Shown here: in pieces, positions 1-7,386 of the stretch
Layout: each line of letters opens with the position of its first letter
Numbering within the stretch: the first letter of the stretch is position 1
From: Naegleria gruberi
Taxonomy: Eukaryota
Assembly: GCA_000004985.1 (NCBI GenBank)
Contig: GG738970.1
DNA length: 43,883 bases
Strand: one strand, 5' to 3'
Notes under the pieces: model-generated
Told to the model about the DNA's origin: nothing
What the model saw: only the letters and a program-made list of their open reading frames with translations
The model's database searches: none
Made by a program: the position numbers and the translations under genes

Positions 1-1252
1 TTGATCTGTTCAATACTGATTGAGGAATGAAAGTTTTAATTTCAGCAAGCCACTCAACTGTATTCTTCAAATTATTGAAAATTGAGTTCACTTCTCTAAA
101 CATGGAACTGTTATTCGAAACACTACCCAAATCAAGAACTTTGATTCTTTCGAATTGCTTCTCCAAGAACTTCATAGGTCTCGAAACAACTAGTCCAGTA
201 ACAAAACTTCCAACAATTCCAAGAACAATAATTCCAACAGTGACACCAATAGAAATTGAAGTTGTCAAAATCAAAGCTTCAGTCACCTCTGATTCGTACA
301 AAACAAAGAAAATGTTCCACTGCATATTTTCCAAAACATACTTGTACGGAGTAATGATATAGCTAACACCATCAGATTCTCCCACAATTTTCATCACAGA
401 TGGCAAAATACTAAATGTTCTATTGTTCAACTCGTAGAATTGTTTCATTAGTGAACCAGCATTTCTCGACTTGACATCAAAGATGTTTGTGCTATTTAAA
501 CCATCTCCTGAAATGGTATCGATGGATCCACCAATGACAATGAAATTGTCCTGAGCTACCAGAACGTAACCTCTTCCCAGTAATTCAATCTTGGAGAGAA
601 AGTTTACAATCGTTTCTAGTGAAAGATTAACTTTGGCCAATCCAACCAATGATTTCGTCTTGTTTAGTTTGTAAATTTCTGGATCGTACATTAATTGAGA
701 ATAATAAATGGCAACTGTACTTCCCAAAACCTTGTATGGTTCTCCATACACTCCTTCCAACCCCTTTTCGTAATAGTTTTTCAATGTATAAATGAAGAAA
801 TCTTGTTTGGCAGGTACGTAAGGAGTCAAGTCAACTGTAGAATTGACTTTTACAATGTCTCCTGTGGTGATATTCACAATATCTCTAATGGTGCCTGGAT
901 ATCCATATGGTTGATAGGCAAAAACTGGAAATGGATTACTCGTGGTTCCACTAATAGTATAGGTATATCTGGATGGGAGAGGAACGCTGAAGAAGAATCC
1001 ACAACCAGTAGTTCGAAATTCTACAAACTTTGGAAACAAGTAATTTCTAAACATGGGAATGGTCACAACACCTGTGGTATATTCTCTGGCCATGGTTTTG
1101 GTCAATTTGGCGATTGGTGTCATAACACCATCGAGATAGGTTATAATCTTTCTTCCAGATTCGTTTATGAGCTTGGTAGACAAATCATTAATTGCCTTCT
1201 CTGTTACCAGATAAGAAGATAGCCAAACCAATAAACACCCACTTAGAATCAT
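1..1252 (-). CDS. Two-TM extracellular sensor protein, N-terminal 417 aa: signal-anchor/TM1, double-Cache-like ectodomain, TM2 and HAMP linker. The output domain lies beyond the window start and may be a class III adenylate/guanylate cyclase.
   Basis: I translated the minus strand by hand from the ATG at 1252 (MILSGCLLVWLSSYLV...) down to position 1 and found no stop in 417 codons. The nearest upstream in-frame stop is the TAG at 1361-1363. Hydrophobic TM1 is aa 2-16. The ~300-aa ectodomain carries seven N-x-S/T sequons and a Cache-like core (SLVGLAKVNLSLETIVNFLSKIELLGRGYVLVAQDNFIVIGG, compare the Cache consensus lGVlgvDisL...GYvflvDkdG). TM2 is aa 327-356 (ILTTSISIGVTVGIIVLGIVGSFVTGLVV, plus 185-274). 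The HAMP-like segment is SRPMKFLEKQFERIKVLDLGS...REVNSIFNNLKNTV. The last residues, EIKTFIPQSVLNRS, resemble the LLxxxLPxSVAxxL start of cyclase homology domains. The plus-strand track ORFs 27..362 and 695..1222 are antisense shadows of this gene. Confidence 0.6.
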   Translation of the reverse strand, partial: MILSGCLLVWLSSYLVTEKAINDLSTKLINESGRKIITYLDGVMTPIAKLTKTMAREYTTGVVTIPMFRNYLFPKFVEFRTTGCGFFFSVPLPSRYTYTISGTTSNPFPVFAYQPYGYPGTIRDIVNITTGDIVKVNSTVDLTPYVPAKQDFFIYTLKNYYEKGLEGVYGEPYKVLGSTVAIYYSQLMYDPEIYKLNKTKSLVGLAKVNLSLETIVNFLSKIELLGRGYVLVAQDNFIVIGGSIDTISGDGLNSTNIFDVKSRNAGSLMKQFYELNNRTFSILPSVMKIVGESDGVSYIITPYKYVLENMQWNIFFVLYESEVTEALILTTSISIGVTVGIIVLGIVGSFVTGLVVSRPMKFLEKQFERIKVLDLGSVSNNSSMFREVNSIFNNLKNTVEWLAEIKTFIPQSVLNRS

Positions 1253-1287
1253 TACTGAAATAATTGAAACAATAAAGAGATTGAGTG

Positions 1288-1296
1288 GAATAATAC
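1288..1296. repeat. Left 9-bp target-site duplication (GAATAATAC) of the MULE-like element
   Basis: The same 9-mer, GAATAATAC, recurs in direct orientation at 3950-3958. Each copy sits immediately outside a terminus that begins 5'-GAGT (left) or ends ...ACTC-3' (right). Confidence 0.45.
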
Positions 1297-1400
1297 GAGT
1301 TGATACAAATAAACGGTGAGACGGGCAACGGGATGAACGGGATTCAGGCCGTTCCTTATTCTAAACGGGAGATTCTCTCCGCTTAATACATCTCACTGGT
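1297..1400. repeat. Left terminal / subterminal repeat region of the MULE-like element (AACGGG motif x3-4)
   Basis: A GC-richer island in AT-rich DNA. It reads gagttgatacaaataaacggtgagacgggcaacgggatgaacgggattcaggccgttcc...ctaaacggga. Confidence 0.45.
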
Positions 1401-1677
1401 ATTCAAATAAGGAGTGAGAGAATAGTAACTTTTGAAAAAAGAAGGAGACAATAAATTATATACGAATTTCTTTTTTTACTTATCATGAAAGCAAAAAAAA
1501 GAAACAATATTTTACCTTAGTAACCATTCACTTCGCTCAGTCTGCCTTAGGAAGTCATACGTTGAGAGAATAACATTTCTTAAATTTTCTCTCTAGTAAA
1601 CTTATTGCTAAAGATTTTATTCGATTGCTTTAAAAAAAATGGTTTTCGATTACAAATCTGTCATCAAAGCAAACAAT

Positions 1678-1770
1678 AAGAAGTTTCACTCTGATACACT
1701 ACACCAGTTTCTGGGTATTGTGGTGGTTTTGTTACTACAACTGGTGTAGTGTATCAGAGTGAAACTTCTT
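1678..1770. repeat. Perfect 30-bp inverted repeat (hairpin) with a 33-nt loop, overlapping the 5' end of the transposase ORF
   Basis: The left arm 1678-1707 (aagaagtttcactctgatacactacaccag) is the exact reverse complement of the right arm 1741-1770 (ctggtgtagtgtatcagagtgaaacttctt). Confidence 0.85.
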
Positions 1771-3650
1771 TTTCTGACAAAGCTCAATATTCATTTCGAC
1801 AAGACCCAAAATATTGGGTTGAAGTGAATAAAGAGCAATTCGAGGTTCTCATTTTGAGATGTAATGGCGTTAAAACTTGTTCTAAATGTCCAAATGTATA
1901 TCCAGTCAGTTGCAAGAAAAAGCTATGTAAGACTCATGGTGAACAACTAGAAAAAATTGGGTGTGAGGTAAAGTTCTATCAATTAAAGAAAAGGAATGAA
2001 GCATTATTCTTCTTTACTGGCGATGGAATTCATTCACACGATGTCCCACCACCGAATAAGGTTGACAAGGATGAAGAACAAGCTATTGTGTTGTCATTTC
2101 AACAAAATCCAACTCTTACACCAAAACAAGCTCTGCTTGGTGTTGGAACTCATGATTTGCCTTACCTTAGAAATCCTGCTTTATTGAACATTTCCAAGTA
2201 TCAAAATTTCAAAAGAAAAGCCCTTCTCAAAGTTTCAATGGATAATCCTAATCCAATGTCTACATTGTTTAAAGTAGAACAAGAAATACCAATTTTATTG
2301 AAAGAGTATTTTGAGAAAGAAAGTTTCACTATTCATGTCTCAGATTTAATGACAACATATATGAGACAGTTTTATTTCAATGGTGTTGATACTTTTGCTG
2401 TTATTCAGTTTCCAATTCAATCTTTAATCACTAACTCTTGTGATTTTCTTGTGATTGACTTGAAACACGCTTCCAAATCAGGTCCATTCACTAACTGTCT
2501 TGGAATTTCAAGCTATATTGATACTCCTAAAGGAGGTTTGCCAATGCATTTATCTAGAATACTAATGGATAACTTCAACTATTATCAATCCTTCAAACTT
2601 TGGCTTATTACTTTAGCTGATGATGGTGTAGATTTGACTGATTTATTTAAAAATCAACTAAAGGGTATATTGATTGATTTCTCTCAATCTCAATTAGCTG
2701 GATTGAAAAAAGCCGTTGCAGAATATGTTGTCGATGGAGAAATGCTTATTACAAAGCTAGCTTCTGGTTGCTTTGTTCATTTTTTGAGAAGTGTCAAAAG
2801 AGCTATAAAAACACTCTCTATCTCTGAAGAACACCAAAAGCTGATTCTTGAATTGGCTAAAACTATTCAATTTGTCAAAACCAAGAAGGAGATTGTGTCA
2901 ATATTAGATTCAATTGTTTGTATCGCTTCTTCTCTCGGTTCCTGGAGAAATTGGTGGATCATTCCTGAAGTTTTGAATTTATTGCATTCAGCTAGTCACC
3001 GTCAGAATCCTGAAATTGTTCCAGATAACACAAATAATCAAGAGATTCTCCATGCTGTAGACGTTCCATGCTATTTCGCTAATGCACTTGTTGAATGTGC
3101 TATGCTGTTGAAACATGATATACTAGCAGTTTCCAAATTTGTTGGTTTGAATCAAGGATTCAAGATTTCCAACATATCCACAACTAAAGAGGATAGAGAG
3201 AAAAGAAATGACAGAAGAAAGGAGCTTAAGAATGCTGCTCAAACAGCCAAGTATGATTCTAGACCACCTGATAGTTTGACAAATGGTTTAGAAGCTGGAT
3301 TTACATCAGTTGATGTTTTGAAATCATTTGTCAGCGCTTGGGATAAGACAACTGTTACTGAGCTTGGTGAAATCCTTGTTGATGATGAAAAAGATGAAGA
3401 TTTCTTAATGCCTGTTTCTCCAAATCATTCCTCATCCAAGAGTACCAGTTCTCCTTCTACACCAAAGGCCAAGAAGAAGAGAAAGAGATCTCCAAAAGCT
3501 GCCACTCCTACAACAAGTTCAAATTCAGCTACTTCTCCATCTTTCTCCAGACAGCTTAGAGAAATAGCTAAACAATCATCCTCAACAGGAACTTCTCTTC
3601 CAAGAAATCTACGTCCGAATAGATTCTCTCTTCCTGGCAGGTTGCAATAA
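1749..3650 (+). CDS. MULE/MuDR-family transposase with an N-terminal WRKY-GCM1 (FLYWCH-like) zinc finger. The frame is open from 1695, and the first codon in the ORF track is GTG, not ATG.
   Basis: The N-terminus reads DPKYW...LRCNGVKTCSKCPNV...FFFTGDGIHSHDVPPP, a WRKY-type C-x-C...H-x-H finger of the kind typical at MULE transposase N-termini. The core reads FYFNGVDTFAV...GILIDFSQSQLAGLKKAVAEYV...SGCFVHFLRSV, matching the MULE DDE region (vDgTf / ilTDgd.al.kAi / C..H motif). There is a possible degenerate SWIM-like PCYFANALVECAMLLKH. The C-terminus is basic and S/T-rich (KAKKKRKRSPK). The intact 633 codons lie inside the TSD-flanked element. Confidence 0.65.
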   Translation: MYQSETSFSDKAQYSFRQDPKYWVEVNKEQFEVLILRCNGVKTCSKCPNVYPVSCKKKLCKTHGEQLEKIGCEVKFYQLKKRNEALFFFTGDGIHSHDVPPPNKVDKDEEQAIVLSFQQNPTLTPKQALLGVGTHDLPYLRNPALLNISKYQNFKRKALLKVSMDNPNPMSTLFKVEQEIPILLKEYFEKESFTIHVSDLMTTYMRQFYFNGVDTFAVIQFPIQSLITNSCDFLVIDLKHASKSGPFTNCLGISSYIDTPKGGLPMHLSRILMDNFNYYQSFKLWLITLADDGVDLTDLFKNQLKGILIDFSQSQLAGLKKAVAEYVVDGEMLITKLASGCFVHFLRSVKRAIKTLSISEEHQKLILELAKTIQFVKTKKEIVSILDSIVCIASSLGSWRNWWIIPEVLNLLHSASHRQNPEIVPDNTNNQEILHAVDVPCYFANALVECAMLLKHDILAVSKFVGLNQGFKISNISTTKEDREKRNDRRKELKNAAQTAKYDSRPPDSLTNGLEAGFTSVDVLKSFVSAWDKTTVTELGEILVDDEKDEDFLMPVSPNHSSSKSTSSPSTPKAKKKRKRSPKAATPTTSSNSATSPSFSRQLREIAKQSSSTGTSLPRNLRPNRFSLPGRLQ

Positions 3651-3849
3651 TAAAATTGACTTATTGAATTTTTTGTTCTATTTGTTTTATAATTGGAAAA
3701 TCTCTTTATTGCAATAGACTAGAGTTGAATAATGAAATATATCCATTTTTGAATTGTTACACACTTTCTTTGTAATTCTAAATTCAGTCATTTCACCTTT
3801 TAAGCGTTTTTACAGTGTTCCTTAGTTAGAGAGCTACCTTACTTTCCTG

Positions 3850-3949
3850 TTCCGTTTCTTACTCCAAACTGGACCGTCCTACCGTTTCTTATTTGAAACG
3901 GATTCCGTTAGACTGGCTTTCCCGCTATCCCGTTTCTTAGTATTCACTC
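3850..3949. repeat. Right terminal / subterminal repeat region of the MULE-like element (CCGTTTCTTA x3 plus ccgtt)
   Basis: The sequence is ttccgtttcttactcc...ctaccgtttcttatttgaaacggattccgtta...tatcccgtttcttagtattcactc. It is inverted relative to the left-end AACGGG copies. It also contains a small hairpin, ccgtttc-ttattt-gaaacgg. Confidence 0.45.
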
Positions 3950-3958
3950 GAATAATAC
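3950..3958. repeat. Right 9-bp target-site duplication (GAATAATAC)
   Basis: Identical to 1288-1296. Confidence 0.45.
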
Positions 3959-4748
3959 CTGTGCAGCAAGTACGCGGCTGTGTCTTTGGATTGAGTGGTT
4001 CTTTGATAGCCACAACGGATGGAGTTGTCTGTTCCTCATACTCACTTCCTGATGGTGCAACTTTCGTCATTGAAACTGAAGGTTATGATGATGTTTTTTC
4101 TTATTGTGTTTCAATACGTTATTGTAGTTTTATGACATAACTTTTTTCACCTCAACACCAATCATTTTTCCATCTCATCCATGTTGATAGATTAAAATCA
4201 TGATTAACTAACAATTTCAATGTATGCCATATCGTGAGATGAAAATTGTAAGGATTTGGCAATTATAATAAAGATTGTTGTTTGATTTCTTGTGATGTTT
4301 TAAAATAAAGCACATAAAAACACAAAACTTGCCGCGATTTGAGATAAAAAGGAAATTGTAGTGTACTCCCATAGCTTCAAAACACATCAAGAAGGCAAAC
4401 AACAGGCAAACGATTTTCGTTAAATTCTAAGCCCACCATTATCTCAAAACCTGGCATGTTTTTCCAAATTGCTTAAAGCAGGATACTCAAACAACTTTTA
4501 ATTTCCCTACAGCAAATTATTGTAGTTTTCGAAGGATTTTTTTTACACTCTAAGACCTCGACAATTCAACAAATCAAACTCTTTGGACATGAGGATTTGG
4601 CAGTCTCGTGCTTGTTACGTAGAGGTGAGAAGTAGAGAGTGATAGGGTGAGAGTTTAACTCCTGATGTTTTGTGCTCAAGGAGGTTTCGTTCCAATTCTT
4701 GTTTGTAAGGAGGCAATTAAGTTAAGGCTTGGTGCTCTCCAAATAAAA

Positions 4749-5021
4749 ATGTCGGAACCAACTAACAGCAACACTCTGGACGGCACTCAAGAAATTATGT
4801 GGGAGGAAACACCTAACAAAGAAGCCGAGGAAATTGAAGAAATACTTCAACAATATTTGCACTCATTGTGTGATATTTATAATACAAAGTATAAAACAAA
4901 TCATACAATCGGTGCTATATGTGATACAATTTTCACCAAGAATGGAATTGAGTTGTTTGTTGGTGGTTGCACAGAGAGTAAGGCAAAAGGAATTGAAATA
5001 ATTGAACAATTATTAACTTAG
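4749..5021 (+). CDS. Small acidic hypothetical protein (about 90 aa)
   Basis: The ATG at 4749 sits in an A-rich context (aaataaaaATGtcg). The product reads MSEPTNSNTLDGTQEIMWEETPNKEAEEIEEILQQYLHSLCDIYNTKYKTNHTIGAICDTIFTKNGIELFVGGCTESKAKGIEIIEQLLT*. The track ORF starts at an upstream ATG at 4665, which I consider less likely. I recognise no family. Confidence 0.4.
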   Translation: MSEPTNSNTLDGTQEIMWEETPNKEAEEIEEILQQYLHSLCDIYNTKYKTNHTIGAICDTIFTKNGIELFVGGCTESKAKGIEIIEQLLT

Positions 5022-5136
5022 TAGTACCGTTTCAGTTTTACCTAGTTGTAATAACACCGGAAATTTATTTATGTTTTTACAATAAAGCTGAAGTAGTCAA
5101 ATGATGATATTTAAATATATATATAATATATATATA
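5021..5136. repeat. About 120-bp segment duplicated in direct orientation at 5418-5540, on either side of the 50-N gap. It is the 3' flank of the 4749 gene, contains an aataaa, and ends in a (TA)n run.
   Basis: Both copies read tagtaccgtttcagttttacctagttgtaataa(a)caccggaaatttatttatgtttttaacaataaa(a)gctgaa(a)gtagtcaaatgatgatattt(a/g)aaatatatat, differing only by 1-bp indels. Confidence 0.75.
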
Positions 5137-5186
5137 NNNNNNNNNNNNNNNNNNNNNNNNNNNNNNNNNNNNNNNNNNNNNNNNNN
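5137..5186. other. Assembly gap (50 N)
   Basis: Run of n. Confidence 0.95.
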
Positions 5187-5310
5187 AAATGTCTGGTAAT
5201 AACAAGAATACTGGAAAGACACAAAGGAAACAACACGCTGTATCATCTCCATCTCATCCTAAACAAAGAGTGGACCCACCACTCCCTCCCAAAAACCGTT
5301 GCGCTCATTA
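5187..5310 (+). pseudogene. Duplicated 5' fragment of the minus-strand gene that starts at 7964. It encodes MSGNNKNTGKTQRKQHAVSSPSHPKQRVD, then diverges, and is immediately gap-adjacent.
   Basis: 5187-5208 and 5221-5274 are identical to the reverse complement of 7967-7870, with a 12- versus 9-nt substituted block in between. Homology ends after aaacaaagagtgga, and the frame stops at a TAA at 5308-5310. Confidence 0.45.
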
Positions 5311-5317
5311 ATCTTTG

Positions 5318-5415
5318 GTAAGGGATTAATTTCTGAGTGAGGTTTCATCAATGTTTCGGAAACATTGTAAAATTTTCTTTATTTCACTAACATTTCTTTC
5401 TCATATTCACCTTAG
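5318..5415 (+). other. Intron-like segment: GTAAGG donor, ACTAAC branch point 24 nt upstream of a TTAG acceptor
   Basis: gtaagg lies at 5318-5323, actaac at 5386-5391 and ttag ends at 5415. The duplicated 3'-flank repeat begins right after the acceptor. I cannot place the element in a coherent gene model. Confidence 0.3.
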
Positions 5416-5417
5416 TA

Positions 5418-5530
5418 GTACCGTTTCAGTTTTACCTAGTTGTAATAAACACCGGAAATTTATTTATGTTTTTAACAATAAAAGCTGAAAGTAGTCAAAT
5501 GATGATATTTGAAATATATATATATTTGAA

Positions 5531-5540
<10 letters not shown>
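5418..5540. repeat. Second copy of the 3'-flank repeat (see 5021-5136)
   Basis: Near-identical to 5021-5136. Confidence 0.75.

Positions 5541-5560
<20 letters not shown>
5511..5560. repeat. (TA)n microsatellite, interrupted
   Basis: Contains atatatatatatttgaaatatatatatatatatatatatatatat. Confidence 0.9.
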
Positions 5561-5561
<1 letters not shown>

Positions 5562-6036
5562 AATTGATGTTAGTTCCATTTATTTTTAAACTTATCACTC
5601 CATCAACCTCCATGAATCTAGTTGTCTGTTTCTTGTTGTAAGAGTTTTTCTTTGTTTTAATAAACAACTATCATAACTCTACTTTTACTACTTCTAATAA
5701 CAGTGTTTTTGTAATATTTTTACAAAGTTTGTTCTTTCTTTGAATTCATTTTCTTTGGATTTACCATAAAGATTATTACTTCCAATCAATAATCTTCATA
5801 ATGATAATACCAACTTTAGAAGATTTTTAAAAATTAATGGGTTTTTATATTATATATATTACTTTGTTAAGCTTTTCTAAATTTCAAATCGATAAATTTT
5901 TGAAAATTTATTTTAGCTTCTTAATTTTCAATTAATTTCATTATCTTTATATCTAAATCACTTTTAAATGATTTTTCAGATAAACCAATTTAACCACCAT
6001 CTTATAAACCAACTTTCAACAAAAATTTTTTCGGAT

Positions 6037-6061
6037 GTATATATATATATATATATATATA
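6037..6061. repeat. (TA)n microsatellite
   Basis: Contains gtatatatatatatatatatatatat. Confidence 0.9.
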
Positions 6062-6062
6062 A

Positions 6063-6340
6063 ATGCATGCGAAAATTTTTATTTTATTTTTATTAAATAT
6101 CTAATATGACAAACATATCCCACCAACGCATGTATGAAAATTCGTATTTTTCATTGAAATACTAATAAATTTCTAGGTTTTATCGAAATTTTTTTCAAAA
6201 AAACATTTTTTAAAAAAATACCAAAACTCAACATTTTTTCCTTTTTTTAATTTACATATTTTTACTACTCGATATTAAATGGTAAACATGGTATGGAAAA
6301 AATTGTATCATCAAGATTCTAATAAATATGATTGAAGTTG
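6063..6340. repeat. Degenerate ~45-bp tandem minisatellite-like repeat (3 copies)
   Basis: The three units are catgcgaaaattttta...attaaatatctaatatgacaaacat, catgtatgaaaattcgtatttttcattgaaatactaataaatttcta and catggtatggaaaaaattgtatcatcaagattctaataaatatgatt. They share a CATG..GAAAA..T..CTAATAAAT skeleton. Confidence 0.3.
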
Positions 6341-6480
6341 TTTAACCATTGATTTTTAAGACAATTAACGCCGATAACTTGATCTCTAATAAAAAGAAAG
6401 TACTTTTTATAGCTTTTCATATAAAGATTTATTACACTCAAATTAAATTTTAACTACAACACTTGATAAATATTTCAAAT

Positions 6481-6483
<3 letters not shown>

Positions 6484-6526
<43 letters not shown>
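6484..6526. repeat. (TA)n microsatellite (about 21 units)
   Basis: Perfect ta repeat. Confidence 0.9.
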
Positions 6527-6529
<3 letters not shown>

Positions 6530-6927
6530 TCTCAAAGTCATTTACAACTAATAAAGTGACAATATACAACACTTGACTTACCAAGGTAACTAAATTACTA
6601 GATTCTAAAGGAAATACAATATATATTCATGGTATTACTCATCATACTCAAGTTTCTATTATCTTAAAATGTTATTACGGCCAATTCAAACAGGCAACAA
6701 AAGACACACATTATCAGACATTGTAATAACAAATGCTCAACCTTTTGTTATAATATGTGAAATCTGTTGACAGAACAAAATGAAATACAAACAGTTGTTT
6801 CGATAGTAAACACACAAAATAAAGTTCAAATAATATTTAGACAATTGGGTATTAAAGCTCAGGGGCTGAACCACCTTAATGGTGAAACAGCCTGGAACCT
6901 GCTTTGAAGGATGTAAATCTTTATTAA

Positions 6928-7386
6928 GGAATGTGGGCATGCAAGTTGGATTTAAAGAAAGGTTATTTTCAAGTTCCAGTAAGGAAACAACACAAAGTCC
7001 TATTAGGATTCATCTTCGAAGGCAAAACTTACCACTTTCAATGCCTTCCGTTCGGTTTAAGTACAGCCCCTCGGTTATTCACCAAAATAATGAAGGAAGT
7101 TATCAAGAAATGGAGGCAGAGAGGCACAATCATATTTATTTACATAGACGACATGTTAATATTAGACAATTCAGCAAAAGAGGTTTCCGAAAAGATAAGA
7201 ACAATTCTTTCAGATTTAAACTTGCTAGGTTGGCTAGTTCAAGAAGAAAAATCTATACTTATCCCAACTCAATCAATAGATTTTCTTGGTCTCCACTTCG
7301 ATCTGGAAAAGGGAAAAGTGCAAATCCCATTAGAAAAACAAGAGTTACCATTTCTCAATCTTTTACAAACTTGTACAATAATGTGA
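6928..7386 (+). pseudogene. Reverse transcriptase relic (DIRS / LTR-retrotransposon type), truncated at both ends; motif A through the region just past YxDD only
   Basis: The frame opens right after a TAA at 6925-6927. It reads LDLKKGYFQVPV...GFIFEGKTYHFQCLPFGLSTAPRLFTKIM...IFIYIDDMLIL...IDFLGLHFDLEKGKVQIP. This matches the RT LDLxxgY motif, the PFGLxxAPxxFTK motif (which fits DIRS/BEL-like better than gypsy's PFGLxNAP..FQ) and YxDD. The upstream RT motifs 1-2 are missing, and so are RNase H and integrase/YR. The frame ends at a TGA at 7387-7389. Confidence 0.75.

Larger units (their letters stand above)
1297..3949 (+). mobile_element. Mutator-like (MULE) DNA transposon, about 2.65 kb, apparently complete: TSD, imperfect TIRs, subterminal repeats and a transposase ORF
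   Basis: The left end GAGTTGATACAAATAAACGGTGAGACGGG matches the reverse complement of the right end GAGTGAATACTAAGAAACGGGATAGCGGG at about 20/29 positions. Left subterminal AACGGG copies (caacggg, gaacggg, aaacggg; 1320-1370) oppose right CCGTTT copies (3851-3937). The ends are flanked by a 9-bp direct repeat, and 9-11 bp TSDs are the MULE norm. The single internal ORF encodes a MULE transposase. Confidence 0.5.

Noticed and set aside
27-1222. The plus-strand ORFs at 27..362 (111 aa) and 695..1222 (175 aa)
   Set aside because: They lie antisense to a 417-codon uninterrupted minus-strand frame with clear signal-anchor, TM, Cache and HAMP features. They are low-complexity, have no motifs, and are typical shadow ORFs of a coding region in AT-rich DNA.
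1261-1748. Considered interpreting the AACGGG cluster purely as promoter elements of the divergent gene pair
   Set aside because: The same motif occurs in inverted orientation at the other end of the transposase ORF, together with TIR similarity and a 9-bp TSD. The transposon-end explanation fits better, although a promoter role is not excluded.
1996-2187. A 63-aa plus-strand ORF nested in the transposase gene
   Set aside because: It is an alternative-frame ORF inside a well-supported longer CDS.
3950-4070. A GC-richer stretch after the right TSD, checked for a small RNA gene (5S/snRNA-like)
   Set aside because: I could see no recognisable 5S, U6 or tRNA box A/B elements or conserved stems. 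It is probably just flanking host sequence.
3879-4402. Minus-strand ORFs at 3879..4070 and 4217..4402
   Set aside because: They are short, with no motifs. The first spans the right TIR and TSD of the MULE element, and the second is in AT-rich intergenic DNA.
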